Shown piece by piece: positions 21,852 through 32,560 of a stretch of DNA of 64,000 bases. Position 1 is the stretch's first letter, and the number at the start of each line of letters is the position of its first letter. Made by a program: the position numbers and the translations under genes. The notes below the pieces were generated by a model, which ran no database searches, had not been told where the DNA came from, and saw only the letters and a list, made by a program, of their open reading frames with translations. The stretch comes from an uncultured cyanobacterium (GTDB lineage Bacteria; Cyanobacteriota; Cyanobacteriia; Cyanobacteriales; Cyanobacteriaceae), in assembly GCA_963749915.1 (NCBI GenBank), contig CAVVOP010000008.1, positions 64,001-128,000 on the forward strand, written 5' to 3'.

Positions 21852-22337
21852 TTAAACTGCATCACTGGTATTGGCTAAGTATTGACTAACTTCTCCTTTG
21901 GTATTCTCTAATTGACTAATCATCGAGCGAGTAATCAACTTTCCTTCCTCCACCAAAATCTTTCCAGAAATCGGGTGAAGAATATTTTGTTGCGTCCTTC
22001 TACCAATTAAGGCTTCAATATCATCTATCTGACTCAAATACATCCCCGATGGTAATTCCACCACTACCCCTTCACCCATAACCCTAGCTTGACAAGCAAG
22101 GCGAGAATTGAGTTTACAGGTAGTAATCACCTCTAAAGTTCTTTTTTCTCTGCGATTGAGGGGGGATAAACTATCCATGCCTTCCTTGATATAGACATGA
22201 CAGGTAGAACACATCCCCCTACCGCCGCATTCCTGCAGGACGTTAAGTTGATTTTTCAGCAATCCTGATAAGAGGTTATCATTAGTTTTAATTGCCGTTT
22301 CTGTACCAAGGGGATCAAGTTTGATGAGTTTAGCCAC
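21852..22337 (-). CDS. 2Fe-2S ferredoxin with C-terminal extension (Slr0148-like)
   Basis: CGGRGMCSTCHV ... SRLACQ; GTG start at VAKLIK. Confidence 0.88.
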   Translation of the reverse strand: MAKLIKLDPLGTETAIKTNDNLLSGLLKNQLNVLQECGGRGMCSTCHVYIKEGMDSLSPLNRREKRTLEVITTCKLNSRLACQARVMGEGVVVELPSGMYLSQIDDIEALIGRRTQQNILHPISGKILVEEGKLITRSMISQLENTKGEVSQYLANTSDAV

Positions 22338-22452
22338 TATCTTTTTCTCTAAGTTATTAAGGGTGTAATTTAAGATTAGCTTATGTTTTGGTGAAAATAA
22401 AAGACATTCATCAATCAATTGAAGAGATATTTTCCCCAAATGTTATTTTTAG

Positions 22453-23127
22453 CTAGCTATCGGCAGAGTTACTATTAAGTAAACGACTCATAATGGTCAA
22501 ATGATCGTGACCTTCCTCTGACATTGCCTTAGCTAACTTAACCCTTTCTTCTAAGCCGATGACAAAATAGTTCGATTCTGCACCCAGAGACTCACAACTG
22601 AGTTGAATGCAACCGAGATCTTCTCCTGTCAATTGACTGAAAAAAGCACTTAAAATTCCTGCTTCCGGGTGACAAGCAAAACCCTTATCTTGAGGTGCGG
22701 CTTCGGCAAAAGGAGAATTAACGGTATTAGCGACAATAAAACCCTGAGAATAGTAGTCAAAATTAAAATTAATTACCCCCCAACCGTGGGTTTTCCAACA
22801 TTGTTTTAAACTACTCAAAAACTGCACCATCTCCATCTGTGCCAAGGGTATTTCGTAATATTCGCTGACTTCTTGGAGAAAACGACGATAAAAACTTTTG
22901 CCCCACCAACGCCCACAATTATAAAGAACGATACCCGTAGCTTGACCAATTTCTTCTTCTAAACCGGCATAAATACCCTGTAAAAGAACTTCCGGTAAAG
23001 CGATTAATCTTGAGCCGAGTCTAGTTTCTAATAACCCCAACTCAAAATCTCCTTGCACATAGGCAGAAGGTGCGAAATAATTGCCTTTTAAGGTATTTTC
23101 TTGAACTAAATCCGCAACGGAAATCAT
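22453..23127 (-). CDS. V4R domain protein (Slr0147-like)
   Basis: HGWG, SPFA, C..EAGILSAFFSQLTG..LGC..LSCES. Confidence 0.85.
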   Translation of the reverse strand: MISVADLVQENTLKGNYFAPSAYVQGDFELGLLETRLGSRLIALPEVLLQGIYAGLEEEIGQATGIVLYNCGRWWGKSFYRRFLQEVSEYYEIPLAQMEMVQFLSSLKQCWKTHGWGVINFNFDYYSQGFIVANTVNSPFAEAAPQDKGFACHPEAGILSAFFSQLTGEDLGCIQLSCESLGAESNYFVIGLEERVKLAKAMSEEGHDHLTIMSRLLNSNSADS

Positions 23128-23171
23128 TTATTTTTCCTCTTATTTATGATAGATTTTTTGTGATTTGTGAT

Positions 23172-23649
23172 TTAATTAGCTAAAACGGGAGTATTGGCCA
23201 AATAATCGTTAGCTTGGGCTAAAAAAGGTTGAATATATGCTAATTCACTATCAGAAAGAGCATTATTTAATTTAATAATCAACAATGAATAAATAGCAGA
23301 AGAAATAGTCTGAGAATTATGAGCTTGAACTATATCTGTCAACCATTCTAATAAACGATGTTCGAGAAATTCGTGGTTATTCAACATCATTGCCATACTG
23401 CAATATCTAGTAATCAATAACCAGTGACGGATAGCTGTTTCAATTTTCTTTAGGTTTTCTTGGGGAAATTGTGCTACCACATCATCGGCAATTGTCTGAA
23501 ATATGGTGATTTCCCGATTCTCGAAGAATTTTATAAGCACTTATTCTACCTTCGAGAGTGGAAACTTCTAAGGAGAGTCTTTTTAAGTCTTCCCCGTTTA
23601 AATACTGAAATTCAGCTTCATGAATCAATGCTTGTAATTCTGGATACAT
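23172..23649 (-). pseudogene. Phycobiliprotein-like protein (Slr0146-like), +1 frameshift near 23519
   Basis: MYPELQALIHEAEFQYL...YKILR continues as (D/N)REITIFQ in the next frame; 478 nt = 159 codons + 1. Confidence 0.75.
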
Positions 23650-23658
23650 AATTTTTCC

Positions 23659-24057
23659 TCAAAGTAAATCTGATAAATCTTTAACATTCAATGATTGAGG
23701 CGTGATATTGACAACACTGGACATTTTAGGCATGGAAGCGATATTGGCTTTTTTGGTGGTGCCTTGATTTTGTCCTTGCCATAGGATACGCCGAAAAAAT
23801 TCACCCACTGGCATGGTTAAAGTGTAAGTTGATTGTTGAGTAGGGGGTAATAATTCTTGATGAGTTTTGACGATACCTTGCCAATTATGCAAAGCGAAAA
23901 ATTTTTCCACCGTCAAACCAAAATGAAGATTCGAGGTTGCTTCCTCCACTACCACCGCCTCAGTCAAAGCATTTGCATCGTCATGGATAATTTTTAATCC
24001 TTGCCAATTGGCTTTGCGAAAAAAACTTTCGACGGTGACACTCGTTAAGGGCATCAT
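23659..24057 (-). CDS. Hypothetical protein with three (T/P)VxxFFxxxxWQG repeats (Slr0145-like)
   Basis: TVESFFRKANWQG / TVEKFFALHNWQG / PVGEFFRRILWQG. Confidence 0.75.
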   Translation of the reverse strand: MMPLTSVTVESFFRKANWQGLKIIHDDANALTEAVVVEEATSNLHFGLTVEKFFALHNWQGIVKTHQELLPPTQQSTYTLTMPVGEFFRRILWQGQNQGTTKKANIASMPKMSSVVNITPQSLNVKDLSDLL

Positions 24058-24770
24058 TTGAGATATTCTCCATTAACTAATTTTTTCTGAATATCTTTAG
24101 CACCTGCACCTTCATTTTGCCAGAAAGTAGCTGCGTCAATACGATCTTGTTTTCCCAACAAAAATTTACAATAGGTTTCACCCATGGAGTAGCACTGAAT
24201 TTCAATGCAGTTGAGTTGTTTTTTAATAAACTGACTGAAGAAACCAGCCATTAACCCCGCGTAAATATGACATACGGGTTTACCTACATCTCCTAAAGTG
24301 CGGGCAACGGCGGAATCGAAGATATTAACAAACATGAAACCGTTTTTTTGTTCACTCAAATCTACATCCCAGTTACCCCAGCCTTGACTAGTAAAGGGCC
24401 ACCACCATGCTTCGAGAACATGTAACAAATTCATCTCCTTAGGGTCTGTGGGATACTCATATTCTTTTTGGAACCACTGCTCGAAAAAATCGGCGTCTCT
24501 GATACCCCACGCCTTACCGATATTATACATAACGACACTAGAAGCCGAGCCCACTTCTTCTTCTAAACCTTCGATTAATCCCACGATAAAATCTTCGGTA
24601 ACTAAAACATTGCGCGAGTCATTCCAATCGGTAATATTTCCCTTCTGAATATCGAAATGAAAGAAATCCTCTAAGGTATAGTGATCATGTTTTTTAGGGT
24701 ATTTATTTTTCCAAAGATTCTTGGAAATTTTTTCTACAGCACGACTTGATTTTGTAGGCGTAAAAGTCAT
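24054..24770 (-). CDS. V4R domain protein (Slr0144-like)
   Basis: QGWGNW, DSAVARTLGDVGKPVCHIYAG, CIEIQCYSMGETYCKF. Confidence 0.9.
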   Translation of the reverse strand: MTFTPTKSSRAVEKISKNLWKNKYPKKHDHYTLEDFFHFDIQKGNITDWNDSRNVLVTEDFIVGLIEGLEEEVGSASSVVMYNIGKAWGIRDADFFEQWFQKEYEYPTDPKEMNLLHVLEAWWWPFTSQGWGNWDVDLSEQKNGFMFVNIFDSAVARTLGDVGKPVCHIYAGLMAGFFSQFIKKQLNCIEIQCYSMGETYCKFLLGKQDRIDAATFWQNEGAGAKDIQKKLVNGEYLK

Positions 24771-24997
24771 TTGGTTTAATTTCCCCTTATTCTTATTGCG
24801 GTTGTTAAGTTGTTAAGTTAATCAAAAAGTAACTTACTTTCTGTGTCTATTCTACCTATTTTTTAAAATATGGTTTTTTTTTTACATTTCTATATAATTG
24901 GCGATTAACAGTAAGTCATTAACAACTAAATAATTAACGATAAATAAAAGCAACACGTAAGTGAAAAAAATCTTTGCTCTGCTTTACCAGTTAACAC

Positions 24998-25849
24998 TTA
25001 AGTGGTAGTATTTTTAATTAAATAATCGACAGTTAAATGTTTTTCTTCAAGAATACTTGGCAAATCTTGAATAATTATTGAGCATTTTTTAATAAAGGCA
25101 TTAGTCCATTTTTCAAACCATTTTAATTGCATTGTAGTGAGTTGATGTTTGAGATTTCCACTAAAACCTATTTCCCCTTTTTTATCTATAGAAAATTCTT
25201 GTAACCACTCAATATCAGGTCGAGATTCTTCAAAATTTTTGGCGGTAATTGTTCCTCCTAAATAACGACTGGTAATACCGACGATGGTTTCAAAATTGGT
25301 GACCATATCCTCGATACTTACCTTATTTGTAGCCGTTTTTTGAAATGAGGAGATGATAATCATGCCCAATGAAACAGGATCAAAACATTGATCAAAACGG
25401 GTGGTATTATCATAGGTAGCATCTTTAAATATGGCACCATCAAAATGAACACCATTCAAAAAGGTACCGGATAAATCAGCTTTAGAAAAATCAGCTTTAG
25501 TTAGAATGCTATTAGTTAGAAAACTATCGGTAAAATATGCATCTTTAAGAATTGCTCTTTTAAAATTTGCTCTGGTTAAATATGCTTTAATTAAATATGC
25601 TCCTTTTAAATTAGCATCACTCAAATTAGCACCGGTCAAATTAGCTCCATTAAAATAACAATTGCTGAGGTTAGCACCGCTTAAATCGGCATCTTTTAAA
25701 TCTGTATAACTTAAATCTGAACCTTGCAAATTAATACCTCTAAGGTTAGTATTTTTTAAATCTATCCTTCTTAATTGTAATTTTGAAAAATCTCTTTGTC
25801 CTCGATTATATTCTGTTTTGATGTTTATATTTGCAGTGTTTTCTAGCAT
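24998..25849 (-). CDS. Pentapeptide repeat protein with unique C-terminal domain
   Basis: YNRGQRDF then A(D/N)LxG repeats. Confidence 0.88.
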   Translation of the reverse strand: MLENTANINIKTEYNRGQRDFSKLQLRRIDLKNTNLRGINLQGSDLSYTDLKDADLSGANLSNCYFNGANLTGANLSDANLKGAYLIKAYLTRANFKRAILKDAYFTDSFLTNSILTKADFSKADLSGTFLNGVHFDGAIFKDATYDNTTRFDQCFDPVSLGMIIISSFQKTATNKVSIEDMVTNFETIVGITSRYLGGTITAKNFEESRPDIEWLQEFSIDKKGEIGFSGNLKHQLTTMQLKWFEKWTNAFIKKCSIIIQDLPSILEEKHLTVDYLIKNTTT

Positions 25850-26115
25850 TTATTTTCTCCTAAAATTAAAATGAAGATCAGATTTGAGATGATAGTTTGT
25901 GATAATTGACAAAGTACGTTACTAAAAATTAATTAAACTTAAAGGATAAATATTTATTTTTTAGACTGCCCTATACATAATCGTTTTTCTTATAGCATTT
26001 TTTTAGCTTTCTTAAATTTTAACTACCTTATATTCTCAAAATGTTTTCTTTGAACAAAATTTTTACAAAACTTTATTAAAGTATAATAAATTTATTCTTT
26101 AAAATTAACAATTAA

Positions 26116-26129
26116 GTATCAATATTTAC
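26116..26129. promoter_or_regulatory. NtcA-type box (distal)
   Basis: GTA-TCAATATT-TAC = GTA N8 TAC. Confidence 0.5.
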
Positions 26130-26509
26130 ACTTAAGTATTAGTATTTATGTGTAGATAATTGCTTAATATGTTGTAGTATTAAGTCCCCTAAAACCGCCC
26201 AGATTTATTTTAAGGATAAAAATTTCCCGAGCAATAAAAGGAAGAGACCCACTGCCAAATCAATTAATCTCATAATCTCAACTTTAGGAAAATTTTAAAA
26301 CTAATAACTAATGACAGATAATTTTTTAAATCATTACAAAACTATCTAATTCCATTGTTAATTATTGATTATTATTCATCGATAGAAATGCCAAATCGGT
26401 AGTGATATTTGAGCCTCCCCAACCCAATTCTTCTTAAAGGAGTAGTAATATTTGGAAAATGCCATAAATCGAATAGGAATGCTATATTGTCTATTATTTA
26501 AAGTTTATT

Positions 26510-26523
26510 GTATTTATTGATAC
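26510..26523 (+). promoter_or_regulatory. NtcA box upstream of amt1
   Basis: TGTA-TTTATTGA-TACA; amt1 is an established NtcA target. Confidence 0.8.
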
Positions 26524-26645
26524 AGAAATCCTCAAGCAAAACGTATCAATATCTAATAGTCAATTAAGGAATTAAGTAATTAATTCTTCAATTCTTATCC
26601 GATTTTTCTGCAGAATCCATACCGAAAAGAAAATTTACTCAATTT

Positions 26646-28169
26646 ATGGTGATGATATCAAAAAAAATGAATAAAAAGGCTACTCGGTTACAGAACCAAA
26701 ATGGTTTTATACTTAATGCTATAGTTCGTCTTAAAAACTTGTTTTCTCCTTACTGGTTCGCCTGTATTCCTTTAACTGCCATTATCGTTGTGGTCTGGAA
26801 TACGGCAGTCATGGCTCAAGATTTTGGACAACCAGAGGATATAGGTCAATTAAAAATTGTATTAGACTCTGTTTTCTTGTTGATAACGGGAGTTTTAGTT
26901 GTCTTCATGAATGCCGGTTTTGCGATGTTAGAAACTGGTTTTTGTCGGCAGAAAAATGCCGTTAACATCTTATCTAAAAACTTGATCGTCTTTGCCATCG
27001 CTTCTCTTGTTTATTGGGCCATCGGTTATGGTTTGATGTACGGAAATGGTAACGGTTTCATCGGTTTAGATGGTTTCTTTTTCAATGGTAGTAGTTTGCC
27101 TTATAGTGATTCAGAAGCCTTTGAAATAGTAAAACAAACCGTTGATGGGGAAATTGTTGAAGTTAAAATGCTAACGAAAGTACCTGAGTCAATCTCCTTC
27201 TTTTTCCAGATGGCTTTTGCCGCAACAGCCGCTACGATCGTATCAGGTGCCGTGGCAGAAAGAATCCGTTTTGATGCTTTTCTTATCTTTAGTTTTTTAT
27301 TGGTAGGAATTTCTTACCCCATCACAGGACATTGGGTTTGGGATGGTGGTTGGTTAGGGGAAATGGGATTCCGCGATTTTGCCGGATCAACAGTAGTTCA
27401 CTCCGTTGGTGGTTGGTCGGCGTTAATGGGGGCGTCAATTTTAGGTCCTCGTGAGGGTAAATATGGTCCTGATGGTAAAGTGTACGCCATTCCAGGTCAT
27501 AACATGAGCATTGCCACTCTGGGATGTTTAATTCTCTGGATTGGCTGGTTTGGTTTTAACCCCGGTTCCGAGTTAGCCGCCACTGGTAACGTTGCTTATA
27601 TTGCTCTTACTACTAATTTAGCCGCAGCCGCAGGTGCTATTACTGCCACATTTACTTCTTGGGCGAAAGACAATAAACCTGACTTATCCATGATTATTAA
27701 CGGTGCTTTAGCCGGATTAGTTGGAATTACTGCAGGTTGTGCTGATGTTACTTGTATCGGTGCCATTATTATCGGTGCGATCGCAGGGATTATTGTGGTG
27801 TTTTCTGTGGGTTTCTTTGACAAAGTGTTAAAAATTGATGATCCCGTAGGTGCAACTTCAGTACACTTAGTCTGTGGCATCTGGGGAACTTTAGCCGTAG
27901 GTATTTTTAGTATGAATGGTCATAGTTTCTTGACTCAATTAATTGGTGTCTTAAGTGTTGGTGGTTTCACCGTTGTTGTTAGCACCATATTTTGGTATGC
28001 CCTGAAAGCCACCGTAGGTATTAGAGTTCATCTGCAAGAAGAAGTCAAAGGTTTAGATATTTCTGAACACGGCATGGAGGCTTATAGCGGATTTGTTAAA
28101 GAAGCTGATATTCTTGCCGGTGGTGCCTCTGCTAGTCTGAGGGACGTAAGTTCGGGTGTGGAAATGTAA
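26646..28169 (+). CDS. amt1: Ammonium transporter
   Basis: [51 protein letters not shown]. Confidence 0.96.
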   Translation: MVMISKKMNKKATRLQNQNGFILNAIVRLKNLFSPYWFACIPLTAIIVVVWNTAVMAQDFGQPEDIGQLKIVLDSVFLLITGVLVVFMNAGFAMLETGFCRQKNAVNILSKNLIVFAIASLVYWAIGYGLMYGNGNGFIGLDGFFFNGSSLPYSDSEAFEIVKQTVDGEIVEVKMLTKVPESISFFFQMAFAATAATIVSGAVAERIRFDAFLIFSFLLVGISYPITGHWVWDGGWLGEMGFRDFAGSTVVHSVGGWSALMGASILGPREGKYGPDGKVYAIPGHNMSIATLGCLILWIGWFGFNPGSELAATGNVAYIALTTNLAAAAGAITATFTSWAKDNKPDLSMIINGALAGLVGITAGCADVTCIGAIIIGAIAGIIVVFSVGFFDKVLKIDDPVGATSVHLVCGIWGTLAVGIFSMNGHSFLTQLIGVLSVGGFTVVVSTIFWYALKATVGIRVHLQEEVKGLDISEHGMEAYSGFVKEADILAGGASASLRDVSSGVEM

Positions 28170-28225
28170 TCTTGACACTCATTTGGATTATAGTTGATAG
28201 TTTATAGTTAATTTTTGATTTTTGC

Positions 28226-28273
28226 AAAAAACCCCTCATTTTCTTGGATATGGAATTGAGGGGTTTTTTTTTT
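28226..28273 (+). terminator. Terminator after amt1
   Basis: AAAAAACCCCTCA...TGAGGGGTTTTTTTT. Confidence 0.75.
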
Positions 28274-28326
28274 GAATTTGAGGCTTTTGGGTTTAAAATT
28301 GACTAACATTAATCTTATTTAAGGGA

Positions 28327-29499
28327 ATGACCATCATTGTAATTATTTGCTTCGTTTTATTACTCTTTCAAGCTGTCTGTTTTCTAATTCTTTTAAGTAG
28401 ATTATTTAGAGGTGCAACCCGATTTCCCCCTTTAAAACCAGAATTGGCTAATCCTTCTCTTTTCGCCAAAGTTAGCGTAGTTGTACCGACATTAAATGAA
28501 GTCCACCGCCTTGATAAAATGTTAGAAGGTATCACCCGTCAAAGTTATGAAGTCAAAGAGATTATAATAGTTGATAGCAACTCCCAAGATGGTACAAGGG
28601 AAAAAGTGATCGAAGCCTCGAAAAAAGATCCTCGTATTCGCCTTGTCACGGATCCACCTTTACCTAAAGAATGGGTAGGCAGACCTTGGGCATTACATAA
28701 TGGTTTCTTAAACAGTTCAGTTAGCAGCGAATGGATTTTAGGCATTGATGCCGATACTCAACCCCAAAAAGGCTTAATTCCTAGTTTGTTAAATTTTGCG
28801 AATACCAATAATTATGATGTAGTGTCTCTTTCCCCTCAATTTATCCTCAAATATCCTGGGGAATGGTGGTTACAACCGGCTTTATTAATAACTTTAATCT
28901 ATCGTTTTGAGTCTTCGGGGGTTGATGCGAAAAGTGCGGAAACCGTAATGGCGAATGGACAGTGTTTTTTAATCAAACGTAAAGTTTTAGAGGCTATAAA
29001 CGGTTATACTTGTGCCGCGAACTCTTTTTGTGATGATGTAACCTTAGCCCGTTATGTTGCCAGTCAGGGTTATAAAGTGGGCTTTGCCGATGGTGCAAAT
29101 ATCATCAAAGTCAGAATGTATGAAGGTTTACAAGAAACATGGCGAGAATGGGGGCGATCCCTTGATCTTAAAGATGCCGCTTCTAAAGCTCAATTATGGG
29201 CAGAATGTAGCTTTTTAGCGTTAATTCAGGCTTTACCTTTACCCGTAATTATCACAGGCTTTTTATTTTGCTCTCAGCTTAATTTTCTCAGTTTTTATTT
29301 ATTATTTATCCTCAATAGTTTATTATTATTTATTCGTTTTGCCTTGTTAATTGCGATCGCACCTTCCTATGAATTCAATCAATCACCGAGAGAATTATTA
29401 TTTATTCTCTCTCCTCTAGCAGATATTTTGGCAGTGATACGTATTTTCCTCTCTGGCAGACAAAAACCTCATGAATGGCGAGGCAGAATTTATAATTAG
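28327..29499 (+). CDS. cruG: GT2 glycosyltransferase, CruG-like (myxoxanthophyll 2'-O-glycosyltransferase)
   Basis: PTLNE, WVGRPWAL, DADT, ANGQCF, EWGRSLDLKDA, WRGR. Confidence 0.82.
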   Translation: MTIIVIICFVLLLFQAVCFLILLSRLFRGATRFPPLKPELANPSLFAKVSVVVPTLNEVHRLDKMLEGITRQSYEVKEIIIVDSNSQDGTREKVIEASKKDPRIRLVTDPPLPKEWVGRPWALHNGFLNSSVSSEWILGIDADTQPQKGLIPSLLNFANTNNYDVVSLSPQFILKYPGEWWLQPALLITLIYRFESSGVDAKSAETVMANGQCFLIKRKVLEAINGYTCAANSFCDDVTLARYVASQGYKVGFADGANIIKVRMYEGLQETWREWGRSLDLKDAASKAQLWAECSFLALIQALPLPVIITGFLFCSQLNFLSFYLLFILNSLLLFIRFALLIAIAPSYEFNQSPRELLFILSPLADILAVIRIFLSGRQKPHEWRGRIYN

Positions 29500-29584
29500 C
29501 ACCTAAATCCCCAACTCTGGGGACTTAAATTAGAGCTTAAGTAACACTATGTACTGTTCTTGTGTTTTACTTTTAATCTATAAT

Positions 29585-29876
29585 AGAACTCTTGCAAAAA
29601 TAAAATGAATTTAGGAAAATTTTTTCGATTTTATGAACAATTCGACAAACAGTTGATTCGGAAATATTCCAATCTTCAGATATATGAAAATAAGTTCTAT
29701 ACTCTCTTAAGTATTGTAATTAGTTACTCCAAACCTTCTCTTAAACTTTTTTGGTGGTAATTTTTCTATTTTTTTAAATTTCATAAGCAAATCTTATAGT
29801 TTTCTAGTAAGCGATCGCTTACATTAACAAATTTTGACACTTAATTTTAACTGATATTCAATTTTGCAAGAGGTCT
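29585..29876. mobile_element. MITE of the AGACCTCTTGCAAAA family
   Basis: AGAACTCTTGCAAAA ... TTTTGCAAGAGGTCT (1 mismatch). Confidence 0.75.
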
Positions 29877-29877
29877 A

Positions 29878-30005
29878 TTCTATTAAATTATAGTCAGGGC
29901 TATATGCTGGTAAATACTCTAAGATAATATTTGGTAAATTTTTCTTTATTTGTTCTGTTATTTCATTCTTTTTATGAAAACTTGCATTATCTAATATAAT
30001 TACTA
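29878..30005 (-). pseudogene. IS630 transposase DDE remnant
   Basis: Manual: IILDNASFHKK / frameshift / ILEYLPAYSPDYNLIE, cut at the MITE end. Confidence 0.8.
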
Positions 30006-30166
30006 TTTTCAGAACCATAATTTCCCTCCTGACTTGAAACTGCCAACTTTCATCCCTGATGGTGAGAATTTTTTTTCATGGAGACTGCCTCGTGCCTTAC
30101 CCTCGACCACATTTATATTTCCAAAACCTTCGCAGTATTGCTAGATTACCAATATTTATTATTGAA

Positions 30167-31009
30167 TTAGGAGTCAACAAATTTAGATCTTTCTTGTTGA
30201 GTTCTCGTCAATATTTTATCTAACTCTTGCCATTTTTCCTTTTCAATATCCTCAATAATTGTGCTTAGATTTTGCTGATATTCTTTTAAACAGGTTAATA
30301 TTTTTCCTCGGTTATATTGTGCCATCATTAACCCCAATTCTACGTTTCCTCCACCGACTCGGCTTGTATCTCTAAATCCCGAACTGGCTAAATTTTGTGC
30401 TAATTTTACTACTTCTTGATTGTCATTATTAAGGCAACTATTGATCAAATTTGCACTTATCATCACGGGTAAATGAGAAATCCATGCCACCGCTTGATCA
30501 TGTATTTCTGGTGTCGACTCATATATTCTACAACCCAGTGATCGCCATATTTCCGTTACTTTCTCCATAGCGTAACGAGAAGTGTTTTCTAAAGGAGTTA
30601 TAACACAAGGGGCATTTTGAAATAAATTGGCTTCTGCCGCTTCAATACCTTGATTTGCTGTACCCGCCATGGGATGACTGCCGACAAAATTAGCCCATAA
30701 TTCCGTTGCCCGATCAACAATAGCACTCTTAACAGAACCGACGTCAGTAATAATTGTTTCTGGGGGTACATACTTAACTATGTTCTCAATGGTGGGTAAA
30801 ATTGCCGCTATGGGGGTACAAATGAAAATTAGATCTGTTTGGCTCAAAATGGCGCAATTGACGCTAGCATGGGTCACTATCTTTTTTTCAAGGGCAATAT
30901 TACAAGTGGTTAATTGACGACAAACCCCGATGACATCATAACCTTGCCTAGTTAAATCTAAACCCAACGAACCACCGATTAAACCTAAGCCAACAATACC
31001 TATTTTCAC
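30167..31009 (-). CDS. tyrA: Prephenate/arogenate dehydrogenase
   Basis: GLGLIGGS, TDVGSVK, GSHPMAG, HDQAVAWISHLP, GFRDTSR. Confidence 0.93.
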   Translation of the reverse strand: MKIGIVGLGLIGGSLGLDLTRQGYDVIGVCRQLTTCNIALEKKIVTHASVNCAILSQTDLIFICTPIAAILPTIENIVKYVPPETIITDVGSVKSAIVDRATELWANFVGSHPMAGTANQGIEAAEANLFQNAPCVITPLENTSRYAMEKVTEIWRSLGCRIYESTPEIHDQAVAWISHLPVMISANLINSCLNNDNQEVVKLAQNLASSGFRDTSRVGGGNVELGLMMAQYNRGKILTCLKEYQQNLSTIIEDIEKEKWQELDKILTRTQQERSKFVDS

Positions 31010-31165
31010 TTATTTCTTTCTCCACCAAGTATTAAATTAATTCTGCTTGAAATATTACTTAAAGATTAATCAGATTACATTAATTTTTTTAGCAATATTG
31101 TCTTTTTCTCCCTGATAATGATAGTAATAGTCAATATTCTTTATTAAACAAATATATATTTTAAA

Positions 31166-31744
31166 ATGACAGAAAAACCTAATTTTTATTTCCCCGAATC
31201 TCACTTAAATATTTTACATGTTGTTAGTGCCATTGCATGGGCTGACGGTGATTTAAGTAAAGCAGAGACAGATATATTAATGGAATTATTTAAGGGAGAT
31301 TTTCCCATAGATCCAGAGCCGATCACCTATTTGGGCGATAATATGACGTTATATGATACTGTGTCAGCAAATCCTGTTATTTACGAACAAATACACAAGA
31401 GAATGGAGGCTGAATTGGCCTTTAAAGATATTCTTAACAGTTACAAGCAAAATCCTGTTCCCTTAGAAGAGTTAGTGGCACCGATAAAAACCATTGAAGA
31501 TCGTTGTTTAGCGGTAAAATTAGCTTATATGGTAATCAAAGCGGGCAATAATCATGATAGTAACTTAATTTGTCCTCAAGAAAAAGCGATTTATCGTCAG
31601 TTAATTCAATTACTAGAAATTGACAATGATTTAGCACAAAAAATTGAATGGGAAGCGGATAAAGAATTAGAAGAATTCCAACACCCTTTTAAGGCATTTA
31701 TGGAAAATCTTAAGAAAATTCTGCTCAAAAAAATCGACATTTAA
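31166..31744 (+). CDS. TerB-family protein
   Basis: SAIAWADGDLSKAE ... EKAIYRQL. Confidence 0.7.
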   Translation: MTEKPNFYFPESHLNILHVVSAIAWADGDLSKAETDILMELFKGDFPIDPEPITYLGDNMTLYDTVSANPVIYEQIHKRMEAELAFKDILNSYKQNPVPLEELVAPIKTIEDRCLAVKLAYMVIKAGNNHDSNLICPQEKAIYRQLIQLLEIDNDLAQKIEWEADKELEEFQHPFKAFMENLKKILLKKIDI

Positions 31745-32092
31745 CTAGATAAATATAGGGTACGAGGGAGGAACGAAATTTTGGTTGGGAATATAAATAG
31801 TTGGGTTTTAAGTAAGGAGTAAGGAGTAACTGGACTTTGGACAAATGAAAACTGATTAGCGTATTTAATACGCTAATTAAAGGGGTGGTTATTTTAAAAC
31901 AGACTTAGGGCATATTTTTCAAGGTTTATCTTCCTCAGTAAAATAGGAAGGATCTGGAGTTATTTCTGTGTCAAAAGAAACCTCCAATAAACTATCTTCT
32001 ACGCTGTTAATCATCTCATCAATTTCATCAATTATTCTCCTCAAAGTTACCGCCATTACTTCTTCAATATAAGCCTCACAACAGAGCCGTTC

Positions 32093-32296
32093 CTAGAACA
32101 CCGATTCAGTAATCGAAAACTAGGCAGTGTCTGATTTTGAAGCAAATAGCTCTGGGTCGTCTTTTAACAGCCTGACCAGTACATGAAGGTTATGAACAAC
32201 CGCCGTGGGACGTAAGTCGAATAAATTTTTTCGCACTCCGATGTAAGGAGCTTTATCACCTTGCCAGCGACCAATGTGAGATAAACTATGTTCCAC
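32093..32296 (-). mobile_element. IS1182 end fragment, near-identical to 18684-18887
   Basis: Same TIR and transposase C-terminus VEHSLSHIGRWQG...SKSDTA. Confidence 0.9.
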
Positions 32297-32553
32297 CTGG
32301 GGGGGCGACAAGTCTTCTACAATTCTTATATAATAAGGCTTTTGAGCATTAATCCTTGAAAAGATCGGATACGCGATCGCTTCATAATTTTACGAGAGAA
32401 TGAGGTTTTCAAGGACGGCGGTCTCGCTTTGCGAGTGCCACTGCATCGCTTCTAAGGGTCTCAAAAACTCTTACATGAGGCTGATCTTCCCGAAGCCTAG
32501 AGGGTTGTAAAGCTTGCGATTAAAGACTTTGAGCCTAGTTGTCGCCCCCTCAG
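32297..32553. mobile_element. MITE with TIR CTG(A/G)GGGGGCGACAA (IS4-like ends, inferred)
   Basis: CTGGGGGGGCGACAA ... TTGTCGCCCCCTCAG; no ORF inside. Confidence 0.75.
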
Positions 32554-32560
32554 GAGTATG

